DNA from: an uncultured Anaerolineales bacterium
Lineage (GTDB): Bacteria; Chloroflexota; Anaerolineae; Epilineales; Epilineaceae
NCBI GenBank assembly: GCA_964415605.1
Contig: CAYQBA010000011.1
Span: 1-45,754, forward strand
Length of the DNA: 45,754 nt
Reading direction: 5' to 3'
Part shown: positions 34,636-43,539 of the stretch, piece after piece
How positions within the stretch are numbered: the stretch's first letter is position 1
Layout: every line of letters starts with the position of its first letter
The notes under the pieces: model-generated
What the model was told of the DNA's origin: nothing
What the model saw: only the letters and a program-made list of their open reading frames with translations
Database searches by the model: none
Made by a program: the position numbers and the translations under genes

Positions 34636-37569
34636 ATGCGTGGTATCAGGTGGTTGGCGTTGGTCGTCGCCGTGGTCGCCAGCGGGTCGGTCGTGTCCGA
34701 TGCCGGCGCCGTCATTCAGGCTCAGCACACGTTCGACGCTTCGCACGATACCCACGTCTCGAGCGCCAATCCAGGCTCGAACTACGGCACCCTCGTCAAC
34801 GCCCGTGTGCTCGGCGATCCGGCCAACACCTATCGCACGTACATGAAGTTCACGGTGAGCGGGATCCAGGGCGAGATCGGGAGCGCCCGCCTGCGGCTGT
34901 ACGCGCTCGACGACAGCGTGTACGGCGGGGCGGCGTACATCACCTCCAACAACCTCGACGGCACCGGCACGCCGTGGACTGAGCGCACGCTGACGTGGAA
35001 CAACGCCCCGCCCTCCACGGGCACGGTGCTCGACACGCGCGGCAGCGTCACCAGGAAGACCTGGGTGGAGTGGGACGTGACCGAGGCGATCACGGGCAAC
35101 GGCACGTTCAGCCTGGTCGTGGTCAGCACGTCCACCGACGAGGTCCAGTACGCCACCAAGGAGAGTGGAGGAAGCACCGCCCCGGAGCTCGTCGTCGAGA
35201 CGCTGCCCACCCCGACCCCGACGCTGACCCCGTCCCCGACGCGCACGCCGACCCCCACGCCCACCGCGACGCCCACCGCCACCCGTACGCCGACACCGAC
35301 CGCGACCCCATCGCCGACCGCCACCCGCACGCCGGCCCCGACCGCCACCAATACACCGGTGCCGACGGCGACCCAGACTGCGACCGCCACCCGGACGTCA
35401 ACGGCGACGGCCACAGCCGTGCCGCCGACAGCGACGCGGACCTCGACGGCCACAGCCGTGCCGCCGACGCCGACGCGGACGTCCACCGCCACGATCCCGC
35501 CGCCTACGCCGACGCGGACGTCGACCGCCACGGTCCCGCCGTCCACGGCGACGCGGACGTCGACCGCCACGGTCCCGCCGCCCACGGCGACGCGGACGTC
35601 GACCGCCACGGTCCCGCCGTCCACGGCGACGCGGACGTCGACCGCCACGGTCCCACCGCCCACGGCGACCCGCACGGCGACTGCCACCGTCCCGCCGCCC
35701 ACGGCGACCCGCACATCGACCGCCACGATCCCACCGCCCACGGCGACGCGGACGTCGACCGCGACCGTCCCACCGCCCACGGCGACCCGCACGTCAACCG
35801 CGACCGCCGGTTCGCCCACGACCACGGCCACGCCGCAATCCACGTCGTTCGGCGCCGGCCATGACGCCCACGTCAAGAGCACATCGCCCAACACGAACTA
35901 TGGGTCGGTGACGTACCTGCGCGTGAGGAGCGGGTCGCCCGGGTACAACACCTACCTCAAATTCACGGTCTCGGGCCTGACCGGCACCGTCGTCCGCGCC
36001 CGGATCCGCCTCTTCGCCTACGACGGCGGACCCAGCGCGGGCGCCATGCACGCCGTCTCCAACGACGACGGCGGCGGATCGCCGTGGACCGAGTCCACGC
36101 TGACGTGGAACAACGCCCCACAGATCGGCGGCAGCCCGCTGAGCACGGTGGGCGCCGTCGGCAACAACGAGTGGGCCGAATGGGACGTGACCAGCGCCAT
36201 CACCGGCAACGGCACGTTCAGCTTCGGCCTCAAGAACACGTCGACCAACAGCGTCAACTACCAGTCCGAGGAAGCATCCGGCGACCGCCCGGTCCTCATC
36301 GTCGATACCGTCGGGGGCAACACGCCGCCGCCGCCATCGCCCTCGCCGACGGCGTCGCGCACCGCCACGGCCGTGCCGACGTTGACGCTCACCGCATCGC
36401 CCACTCGGACGGCGACGAGCACCGCCACGCGCACGCCCACACGGACGCCGACGCTGACCGGTACGCCGCCCACCAGCACCCCCACGGCCACCGGGTCGAC
36501 GCCCACGCCCAGCCGGACGCCGACCGTCGCGGCGTCGCCGACCGCCACCCGGACGGGCACCGCGACGCCCGTGCCGCTTTGGATCTCGCGCGCCGAGATC
36601 GAGGCCCTGCCGACGTCGGGCACCCCGTGGGCCAACGTCATCAACACGGCCAACAGCTACGAGGGCAGCCCGACGGTGTGCAACCAGGACTCGCCCAACA
36701 ACGTGATGGTCCTGGCCAAGGCCCTGGCGTACGTGCGCACCGGCAACCAGACCTTCCGGACGCGTGTGCGCGTCAACGTGATGAACGTCATCGGCACCGA
36801 GAACGGCTCGACATGCCGCAGCCTCGCGCTCGGGCGCAAGCTCGCGGCCTACGTGATCTCCGCCGACCTCGTCGGGCTCACGTCGTCCGAGGAGACGACG
36901 TTCCGCAACTGGCTGACGAACCTGCGGACCAAGCGCTTGAACGGCGACAACCGAAGCCTGGTGGAGTGCCACGAGGAGCGCCCCAACAACTGGGGCACGA
37001 TGTGCGGCGGCAGCCGCGCGGCCGCGTCGGCGTATCTCGGCGACCGGACCGACCTCGACCGCACGGCGGAGGTCTTCAAGGGCTACCTCGGCGATCGGTC
37101 GTCGTACGCCGGCTTCAGCTACGGCAGCGACCAGTCGTGGCACGCCGACCCCAACGCGCTGCGCGGCATCAACCCGCAAGGCTCGGTCAAGCAAGGCGTC
37201 AACATCGACGGCGTGCTGCCCGACGACATGCGGCGCGGCGGGTCGTTCCGGACGGGCTGCCCCGTCTACACCGGCTACCCGTGGGAGGCGCTGCAGGGTG
37301 TGATGGTCCAGGCCGAGATCCTGCACCGCCAGGGCTACAACGCGTGGGGTTGGGAGAACCAGGCCGAGCGGCGCGCCGTACAGTACCTGAAGAACCTCTA
37401 CGACCAATGCGGAGGCCAGTGGTACGGCGACACCGACGACGAGTTCACGCCGTGGATGATCAACCACGTGTACGGCACGAGCTTCCCGACGGCCAGCCCG
37501 GTCCACATGGGCAAGATCATGGGCTGGACCGACTGGACGCACGACCGGGCCACGCGGCAGCGGCAGTAG
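34636..37569 (+). CDS. Secreted protein: 2 DNRLRE-type modules + long tandem-repeat PT linker + C-terminal alpha/alpha-toroid polysaccharide-lyase-like domain
   Basis: ATG 34636 lies 8 nt after GGGAG; the ORF-track start at 34621 is a TTG. Signal peptide '[22 protein letters not shown]'. Modules lie at approximately 34720-35200 and 35840-36300. The C-terminal domain of about 330 aa ('[15 protein letters not shown]','[25 protein letters not shown]','[22 protein letters not shown]') looks alginate-lyase-family-like and has two paralogues downstream. Confidence 0.8.
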   Translation: MRGIRWLALVVAVVASGSVVSDAGAVIQAQHTFDASHDTHVSSANPGSNYGTLVNARVLGDPANTYRTYMKFTVSGIQGEIGSARLRLYALDDSVYGGAAYITSNNLDGTGTPWTERTLTWNNAPPSTGTVLDTRGSVTRKTWVEWDVTEAITGNGTFSLVVVSTSTDEVQYATKESGGSTAPELVVETLPTPTPTLTPSPTRTPTPTPTATPTATRTPTPTATPSPTATRTPAPTATNTPVPTATQTATATRTSTATATAVPPTATRTSTATAVPPTPTRTSTATIPPPTPTRTSTATVPPSTATRTSTATVPPPTATRTSTATVPPSTATRTSTATVPPPTATRTATATVPPPTATRTSTATIPPPTATRTSTATVPPPTATRTSTATAGSPTTTATPQSTSFGAGHDAHVKSTSPNTNYGSVTYLRVRSGSPGYNTYLKFTVSGLTGTVVRARIRLFAYDGGPSAGAMHAVSNDDGGGSPWTESTLTWNNAPQIGGSPLSTVGAVGNNEWAEWDVTSAITGNGTFSFGLKNTSTNSVNYQSEEASGDRPVLIVDTVGGNTPPPPSPSPTASRTATAVPTLTLTASPTRTATSTATRTPTRTPTLTGTPPTSTPTATGSTPTPSRTPTVAASPTATRTGTATPVPLWISRAEIEALPTSGTPWANVINTANSYEGSPTVCNQDSPNNVMVLAKALAYVRTGNQTFRTRVRVNVMNVIGTENGSTCRSLALGRKLAAYVISADLVGLTSSEETTFRNWLTNLRTKRLNGDNRSLVECHEERPNNWGTMCGGSRAAASAYLGDRTDLDRTAEVFKGYLGDRSSYAGFSYGSDQSWHADPNALRGINPQGSVKQGVNIDGVLPDDMRRGGSFRTGCPVYTGYPWEALQGVMVQAEILHRQGYNAWGWENQAERRAVQYLKNLYDQCGGQWYGDTDDEFTPWMINHVYGTSFPTASPVHMGKIMGWTDWTHDRATRQRQ
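35389..35823 (+). repeat. In-frame tandem array of about 11 copies of a 39-bp unit ([10 protein letters not shown][PS]TA)
   Basis: Unit boundaries are 35389, 35434, 35473, 35512, 35551, 35590, 35629, 35668, 35707, 35746 and 35785. Units 4 and 6 are identical. Units 5 and 7 differ at one base, giving a 78-bp higher-order repeat. Confidence 0.9.
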
Positions 37570-37717
37570 CTGGCAGCCCGGCCGGGGCGTCCCGCATCGC
37601 CGGCGACGCCGGGCGGCGGCTTCGAAGGCCGCCACCGCTCCCAGTCGCCGTGCGTGACCCGTCCGGGCCCCGCGACCACCGGACAAGATCACCGCGAGCC
37701 GGACGATTCGCCCAAGA

Positions 37718-37749
37718 TCCCTGTAGATCTGGCGCCAGATCTACAGGGA
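37718..37749. repeat. Perfect 32-nt palindrome in the convergent intergenic region (bidirectional terminator hairpin or protein-binding site)
   Basis: tccctgtagatctgg cg ccagatctacaggga. The arms of 14-15 bp are fully complementary. It contains AGATCT twice and a central GGCGCC. It is much less GC-rich than its surroundings and has no U-tract. Confidence 0.6.
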
Positions 37750-37791
37750 AGTGCGGTGGCATTCCCCAGGCAACTTGGCACCGGATCCCCA

Positions 37792-37820
37792 GGGGTCTCG
37801 GGTCGCCGACCCGAGACTCC
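37792..37820 (-). terminator. Hairpin downstream of the prohibitin gene
   Basis: gtctcgggt (37795-37803), loop cgccg, acccgagac (37809-37817). The stem can be extended by ggg/tcc(c), including one G.U pair. It lies 34 nt past the TAG at 37854-37856. No U-tract follows. Confidence 0.35.
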
Positions 37821-37853
37821 CGGTTCCCACCTCGTCCGTCGCCGCGGGCCCGG

Positions 37854-38795
37854 CTACTGGCCCGGCTGGACCAGCCCCCTGAGGTCCATCAAGAACTGCT
37901 GTCCGCCGGGGACCATCATCACCTGCACCTTGTCGCTCAGCTTCTGGATGTAGGTGTAGGTCAGCACCGGCTCGGTCAGCGACTGCGCCAGGCGCTCGTT
38001 GGCCTGGGCCTGGCCCTCCGCGCGTTCGATCGTCGCCTGCGCCTCGCCCTTGGCCTCGGCCACCCGCTGCTCGGCCTGGATCCGGCGTTGCTCGAGGATC
38101 TGCTTCTCGGTCTGCACTTGCTGCTCGGCCACCTGCTTGAGCTCGATGGCGCTCTCGTACTCCGGGCTGAAGCGGATGTTGGAGAGGTAGATGTCGTCGA
38201 CGACGATGTGGTAGCGCGACAGGTTCTCGCCCAGCGCCTCGCGCGCCAGCCGGCGGATCTCGTCGCGTTCCGAGAGGATCGCCGTCACCGGGTATTGCGG
38301 CACGACCTCCTTGATGAAGTCGTTGAACGCCGGGTCGATGACCTTCTCGGCGAAGTCGAGCCCGACGGTGCGGTACAGGTCGTAGGCCATCGTGGGGTCG
38401 ATGTGGTAGTTCATCGTGCCGGTCAGGCGCACCGCCTGGTACTCCTTGGACGCGGCGTCGATCTCCTGGAAGGGGTGCGGCTGGACGCGGATGTCGACGA
38501 TGACGACCTGCTCGGCGATGGGGGTGACGATCTGCAGCCCCGCCGGCAGCGTCCGCTCCTCCACCCGGCCGAACCACGTGACGACGCCGACGTGGCCGGC
38601 GGGGACGATGACGACGAACGTGCGGATCAGGCCGAAGACCGTCACGATCAGGCCAACGGCGAACAGTGTCCGCCAGCGGGCATAGAGCACCGTCGACCCG
38701 CCGCGGCCTTGGGCGCTCGCGGCGCGCCCAGTGGCTGCCGCGGCCAGCGCGAGGATGATCAACATGGCGCCGATCATGAACAGGGAAGAGCTCAT
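37854..38795 (-). CDS. SPFH/band-7 (prohibitin-family) membrane protein
   Basis: ATG 38795 is preceded by AAGGAGG. N-terminal TM 'LFMIGAMLIILALAAAA'. 'VIVPAGHVGVVTWFGRV', 'YHIVVDDIYLSNIRFSPEYESAIE' and a coiled-coil tail 'QVQTEKQILEQRRIQAEQRVAEAKGEAQA' are present. The ORF-track entry 37854..40337 is a composite; only its last 313 codons are this gene. Confidence 0.85.
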   Translation of the reverse strand: MSSSLFMIGAMLIILALAAAATGRAASAQGRGGSTVLYARWRTLFAVGLIVTVFGLIRTFVVIVPAGHVGVVTWFGRVEERTLPAGLQIVTPIAEQVVIVDIRVQPHPFQEIDAASKEYQAVRLTGTMNYHIDPTMAYDLYRTVGLDFAEKVIDPAFNDFIKEVVPQYPVTAILSERDEIRRLAREALGENLSRYHIVVDDIYLSNIRFSPEYESAIELKQVAEQQVQTEKQILEQRRIQAEQRVAEAKGEAQATIERAEGQAQANERLAQSLTEPVLTYTYIQKLSDKVQVMMVPGGQQFLMDLRGLVQPGQ

Positions 38796-38978
38796 CGGAA
38801 GCGGGCCTCCTTGGCACCGGGATGGGCGGCGGCACGTGCGCCCAGGTCGATCGCGCACCGATCGACACCATGGCTTACGATGCGTGCCCCCGCCCGGTCG
38901 CGGAATCCCCGCGGCCGCCTCACGGCGTGACCCATAGGGATGGCGCCGCCTCGTCTCCCCCCCAGGCCCCCGACATGC

Positions 38979-39012
38979 CGCGGGGGGCATGCAACGTCGC
39001 ATGCCCCCCGCG
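38979..39012 (-). terminator. Perfect 14-bp GC hairpin downstream of the phytase-fusion gene
   Basis: cgcggggggcatgc (38979-38992), loop aacgtc, gcatgccccccgcg (38999-39012). It lies 44 nt past the stop at 39056. No clear U-tract follows. Confidence 0.5.
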
Positions 39013-39055
39013 ATCATCCTGGGCGCGCGAGCGCCCCGACGGCTTGCCGACCCGG

Positions 39056-41620
39056 CTAGTTCTGCACGAAGAACCAGATCTTGGCCACGCCGGCCGGGTT
39101 GTTGTGCTCGCCGCTGCAGAACTCGCAGCTCGACGTGCCGCCGTCGCCGGTGGACGTCACCGCCAGCGAGTGCCAGCCGTTGGCGAGCTGGCGTGTGTCC
39201 ACGGTGATCGGCGTGAAGCTCTGGAAGTTGCCCGCCCGGTCGAACAGAATCCGCCCGGCGGACGGGGCGACCTCCGGCCACGAGCCGACGGCCGGGATGA
39301 AGTGCGACTTGTCGAGCGCCACCTGCAGGTGGTTGCTGGTCTGCTGGGCGCGCACGTTGAACGTGTGGACGCCCGACACCGGCGCCAGCGGGACGCACTC
39401 GATCACCGCGTTGGTGTAGCCGAACCCGTCGTACCAGCCGCGGCCGATCAACGAGCGGTTGTTGCACCAGCGGTTGTAGTTGTTGCCGCCCCCGCCGCCG
39501 CCGTTGACGATGCGCAGCGGGATGCCGCTGGAGTTGAGGAACCGCTTGCCGTCCGGGCTGTCCGACGTCGCCCGGATGCGGATCTCGCGCCAACCGTTGG
39601 TCATCTTGGTCGTGTCGAGCGACACCGGCACGTTGAACGCGCAGTTGGTGCTCGTCCGGCCGTCGTACGGGCAGCGCAGGTTCAGCGGGATCCGCTTGAA
39701 GACGCCTTGGTCGGTGTCGATCCGCAGCTCGAACAAGTGGCTGGGGTTGTCGTGCAGCACGATCCGGACGTCGAAGTCGAGCGTGCCGGACACGTCCTGG
39801 CCCAGCGGCAGCATCGCGGCGGCGTGGATGTGGCCGAAGTTCGGCGCCCACCACGCCTGGAGCTCGATCGGGATGCGGCGGGCGTTGAACGTGCTGTCGG
39901 GCACCTGCCGCCCCGGCGGATCCTGCGGCAGCAGCCCGCCCGGCCCCGGCGTCGACGTCGACGGCGCGATCGGCCGGGCCGTGGGCTCCACGGCCGTGGC
40001 GGTCCGCGTCGCGGTAGGCGCCGCCGGTTGCGTCGGGGTCCGCGTCGCGGTGGGTGCCGGCGGCTGGGTCGGGTCGGGCGGGCCGGTCAACGGCCCGCAG
40101 CTCAGCGCGATCTCGCCGGTGGATTGCGTCACGATCGTCAGCTTGCCGTTCGGGCACGTGACGCTGACGGACTCGCCCGGGGCGAGCTGCATGTCGTGGC
40201 CCCCGCCCGACGGGGTCGCGGTCGCCGGCGGCGGGTTGTTGCCGCCGGGTGGCGGCGGATCGGACGTGGCGCCGCGTGGATCCTCCGTGGTGTTGACCAT
40301 GAGCGGCGGGCTGGCCGAGGCGGCGATGTCCGGCCACCGCACCAGCTTGTAGTTGTTCGCGCCGCGGTCGTTGGACCCGTCGTGCGCCACGAACAGCCCT
40401 TGCGGGAACGTCCCGTTCAGCGCGACGTTGGTCACGTCGATGCCGTCGGTGCTGCCCACGGCGTCGATGCCGTTGCCGGCGCCGATGGTGAACGACGTGA
40501 CGAAGGCGTGCGGCGGCTGGCGATCGTAGACCGCGAACGTGCTGTCGCCCTGACTCGACGCCAGGACGTAGCCGCTGCCGCCGGGCCCGTAGTAGATCGC
40601 CACGCCCTCGACGTCAGCCTTCAGGTGGCCGCCGCCGCTGGTCCCGTCGATCTTGGTGCGCGCCGTCCCGTCGCCGGGCTCGGCACCGTACTTCCACAGG
40701 CCCACGCCTTCCTCGCCGATGTACAGCGCACCGGTCTCGTCGTCCGCGGCGCAGCCCTCGGTCTGTGTGCCGACGTCGAACGCACGCACCCGGACCCCGC
40801 TGACCACGCCGTCGAGGTCGCCGAGCTCCCACTGCTCGACCTGGCCGTCCTTGTCGTTGACGAACGCGTAGGTCTTGCTGCTCACCGGCGAGCGGTAGAG
40901 GCAGAAGCCATACGTCTCGCTCACGCCGACGGCGATGCCGGGCCCGCTGATGTTCGACATCTGGCGCGTGACCGGGTTCACACCGTACACCCGGATGCGG
41001 TTGCCGTTCTCGTCACCGGTGGCGACGATGTCGACGGTCGCGCCTTTCAGCGGGAACCCGTAGCGCACGTCGACGTTGTTGGGCTCGCCCCCGTTGACGA
41101 ACTGGACTTGTGTGCCCGCCAGGTCCCAGCTGAAGAGCCCGGCGCTCTTGTCGGTGCCGATGATCATGCTCTGGGCCGGGTCGGTCGGGTGCACCCAGAT
41201 CGCCGGGTCATCGGCGTCCTGGCTCACCGACCCCGTCTCGACGATGGGCGCCACGGTGCTGACGTCCAGACCGTCCGGCGCGCCGCCGGCATCGCCCAGG
41301 GTGACGTCGTCGTCGTCGTCGGCCCGCTCGTCCGCCGGCGCGCCCGGCGCCCGGGCGCCCGCCGCGGCCACGGGCTGGGCGCCGAGGTCGCGGATGATCT
41401 TCCAGGTCGACGGCGCGAACGCCAGGAGGTCGCCGTCCGTCACGCTGCACCAGGCGTCCTGCACGGCGTTGGCGGGCGCCTGGAACGCGCCTGCCGCCGG
41501 CCGGTTGGCGAAGCGCGCCAGATCGGGGGGGAGCGACCGCGCGTCACCGAGGATGGGCACGATCCAGGCGGCCAGCACGGCGCCGGCCACGAGGAGCGCT
41601 GCGGTTCTCAGTCTGGTCAT
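39056..41620 (-). CDS. Secreted beta-propeller phytase (BPP, 3-phytase family) fused through a 2-Cys mini-module and PT linker to an uncharacterised C-terminal domain of about 290 aa
   Basis: AAGGAGAG RBS. Signal peptide 'LRTAALLVAGAVLAAWIVPILG'. The BPP core (approximately 40322-41250) is collinear with Bacillus PhyC-type phytase: 'DADDPAIWVHP', 'IIGTDKSAGL', 'NNVDVRYGFPL', 'ETYGFCLY', 'VRAFDVGTQTEGCAADDETGALYIGEE', 'DVEGVAIYY', 'GYVLASSQGDSTFAVYDR', 'STDGIDV', 'GLFVAHDG'. I do not recognise the C-terminal domain (39059-39930; 'WWAPNFGHIHAAAM', 'LRCPYDGRTSTNCAF', 'GGGGGGNNYNRWCNN', 'SSCEFCSGEHNNPAG'). Confidence 0.85.
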   Translation of the reverse strand: MTRLRTAALLVAGAVLAAWIVPILGDARSLPPDLARFANRPAAGAFQAPANAVQDAWCSVTDGDLLAFAPSTWKIIRDLGAQPVAAAGARAPGAPADERADDDDDVTLGDAGGAPDGLDVSTVAPIVETGSVSQDADDPAIWVHPTDPAQSMIIGTDKSAGLFSWDLAGTQVQFVNGGEPNNVDVRYGFPLKGATVDIVATGDENGNRIRVYGVNPVTRQMSNISGPGIAVGVSETYGFCLYRSPVSSKTYAFVNDKDGQVEQWELGDLDGVVSGVRVRAFDVGTQTEGCAADDETGALYIGEEGVGLWKYGAEPGDGTARTKIDGTSGGGHLKADVEGVAIYYGPGGSGYVLASSQGDSTFAVYDRQPPHAFVTSFTIGAGNGIDAVGSTDGIDVTNVALNGTFPQGLFVAHDGSNDRGANNYKLVRWPDIAASASPPLMVNTTEDPRGATSDPPPPGGNNPPPATATPSGGGHDMQLAPGESVSVTCPNGKLTIVTQSTGEIALSCGPLTGPPDPTQPPAPTATRTPTQPAAPTATRTATAVEPTARPIAPSTSTPGPGGLLPQDPPGRQVPDSTFNARRIPIELQAWWAPNFGHIHAAAMLPLGQDVSGTLDFDVRIVLHDNPSHLFELRIDTDQGVFKRIPLNLRCPYDGRTSTNCAFNVPVSLDTTKMTNGWREIRIRATSDSPDGKRFLNSSGIPLRIVNGGGGGGNNYNRWCNNRSLIGRGWYDGFGYTNAVIECVPLAPVSGVHTFNVRAQQTSNHLQVALDKSHFIPAVGSWPEVAPSAGRILFDRAGNFQSFTPITVDTRQLANGWHSLAVTSTGDGGTSSCEFCSGEHNNPAGVAKIWFFVQN

Positions 41621-41703
41621 GTCAGGGGCTCTCCTTTGTCAGGGGTTGGATGTCGGCCGGCTGGGCGGAGCCGGCGGTCCGGGACCGAGCGGTGGGGTTG
41701 CGG

Positions 41704-43191
41704 TCAAGGGCGGGTACGGGTGGCGCGATCGTGGGTCCAGTCCGTCCAACCCATGATCTTGCCGGACTGCGCGGGGGTGGTTGCCGTGAACCGCGTGCCG
41801 TACACGTGGTTCACGATCCACGGGACGAACTTGTCGTCCCCGCTCGTGGCTTCCGACGCCCAGCCCCCGCAGCGGGCGTCGAGACCATAGAGGTACGCCA
41901 GGGCGCGGCGCACGGCCTGTTGCTCCCAGCCCCAGGCGTCGTAGCCCTGGCGGTGCAGGATCTCGGCCTGGACGACCACGCCCTGCAGCGCCTCCCACGG
42001 GTAGCCCGTGTGGCTGGGGCACCCGGTGGTGAAGCCGGCGCCGCGGCGCATGTCGTCGGGGATGGCGCCGTCGATGTCGACGCCTTGCTTGGTGGCGCCG
42101 GCGGCGTTGATGCCGCGCGGCTGGGACGGGTCGCCCTGCCAGGACGTGTCGCCGTACGCGAAGCCCGCGTAGCTGGCGCGATCGCCGACGTAGCCCTTGA
42201 ACACACGGGCGGTCCGGTCCAGATCGGCCCGATCGCCGAGATAGGCCGAGGCCGCCGCGCGGCTGGCGCCGCACATCGTGCCCCAATTGTTGGGGCGATC
42301 CTCGTGGCAGCTCACCAGCGAGCGGCTGTCGCCGAGCTTCTTCGTCCGCACGCCGGCCAGCCAGCCACGGAACGCGGCGTCCTCGGCGGCGGTCAGGCCG
42401 ACGAGGTCCGCCGCGATGACGTACGCGGCGAGCTCGCGCCCGAGCGCGAGGCTGCGGCAGCTGCCGCCGGACTCGGTGCCCATGGCGCTCAGCACGGCGC
42501 GCCGGACATCGGTCCGATAGGTTTCCTCACCCGTCCGGGCGAAGACCAGGGCCTTGGCCAGCACCAGCACGTTGCTGTTGCTGTTCTGGTCGCACAGCGT
42601 CGGCGTGCCCGTGCCGCCGTCGGCGGCGGCGCGGAGTGCGCTCCAGGCCGGGCCGGACATCGGCAGGCGGCGGACCTCGTCGGATGAGATCCACAGGCCG
42701 GCCGACGGGCCGGTCGGCGGCGCGGCCGCCGAGGTCGGTGCGAGTGTCGGCGTCGGCGCGGCCGCCAGCGTGGGAAGCGCGGTGTGCGTCGGGGCGGGCG
42801 TTTGCGACGCCACGGCGGTGGGCGGCCCGAGCGTGGGCGTCAGCGTCGGCGCCACGGCCAGATCGCACACGATGTCTACGCGGCCCGACTCCAGGCGGGT
42901 GATCCGCAGGTTGCCCGCGGGACAGCGCAGACGGGTGGTTTCACCCAGCTCGAGCGGCATGGTGCGCGAGCCAGGATCGCCGCCCGCCGGCGTCGCCGAG
43001 GGCGACGGGCTCGTCGCTTCGGCGAAGCCGCCGGCCGGCGGCGATCCCACGGAGACGTGCGCCACGGCGGCAGCGCCCCTGCCGCCGTGGGCGAGGTCGA
43101 TCGGGCCCTGGCCGCCCGCAACCGCGGGCGAGAGCCATGCCACGACCACCGCCAGCCTGAGCGGGCTGGCGGAAAGGCGGGACGGAACCAT
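41704..43191 (-). CDS. Secreted protein: 2-Cys mini-module + PT linker + alpha/alpha-toroid lyase-like domain (paralogue of the C-terminus of 34636..37569)
   Basis: AAGGAG lies 7 nt before ATG 43191. Signal peptide 'LRLAVVVAWLSPAVAGG'. The C-terminal 330 aa are collinear with the upstream protein ('LWISSDEVRRLPMSGPAW' vs '[18 protein letters not shown]'; '[25 protein letters not shown]'; '[16 protein letters not shown]' is identical in both). Confidence 0.8.
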   Translation of the reverse strand: MVPSRLSASPLRLAVVVAWLSPAVAGGQGPIDLAHGGRGAAAVAHVSVGSPPAGGFAEATSPSPSATPAGGDPGSRTMPLELGETTRLRCPAGNLRITRLESGRVDIVCDLAVAPTLTPTLGPPTAVASQTPAPTHTALPTLAAAPTPTLAPTSAAAPPTGPSAGLWISSDEVRRLPMSGPAWSALRAAADGGTGTPTLCDQNSNSNVLVLAKALVFARTGEETYRTDVRRAVLSAMGTESGGSCRSLALGRELAAYVIAADLVGLTAAEDAAFRGWLAGVRTKKLGDSRSLVSCHEDRPNNWGTMCGASRAAASAYLGDRADLDRTARVFKGYVGDRASYAGFAYGDTSWQGDPSQPRGINAAGATKQGVDIDGAIPDDMRRGAGFTTGCPSHTGYPWEALQGVVVQAEILHRQGYDAWGWEQQAVRRALAYLYGLDARCGGWASEATSGDDKFVPWIVNHVYGTRFTATTPAQSGKIMGWTDWTHDRATRTRP

Positions 43192-43539
43192 CTCAGCACT
43201 CCTTGATCCAGAACGGAATCAAGAGCAGCGGCGACGCCGGCCGACCGGGTCGGAACCCGAGGGTCGGCACGGCGGCGCGGCGGGACCGCTGCCCGGAGCG
43301 CTGACCGTAGCGTATGGGTGGGGGGTGACGTCAGGGACGGGATTGCAGGAATGATGACGGCCCGCGCGGCGGCCCGATACGGGGTGGGAAGCCCGCGCGG
43401 GTCACACGTGGGGCTCGCGACGGGGGTGCGACGGACGGGCGTCGGACGGGGCCGGCAACGGGTGTTGACCGGTGCGGCGGGCCACGCGCGCCCGCGGCTG
43501 GAAGCGGAGCAGCGTTGAGCCCCGATGCGCCGAGGGCGC

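Noticed and set aside
37854-40337. 827-aa minus-strand ORF spanning the prohibitin gene and part of the phytase gene.
   Set aside because: It is a composite. The real gene is the C-terminal 313 codons (ATG 38795 with an AAGGAGG RBS). The upstream part crosses an intergenic terminator hairpin and is an alternative frame of the phytase gene.
43192-43539. The 348-bp intergenic region with a 66-aa ORF (43318..43518, +) as a hidden small gene or sRNA.
   Set aside because: The ORF product is Gly/Arg/Ala-rich with no RBS or motif. The region is most simply the promoter/5' region of the 41704..43191 gene. No convincing structure or promoter was seen on the + strand.
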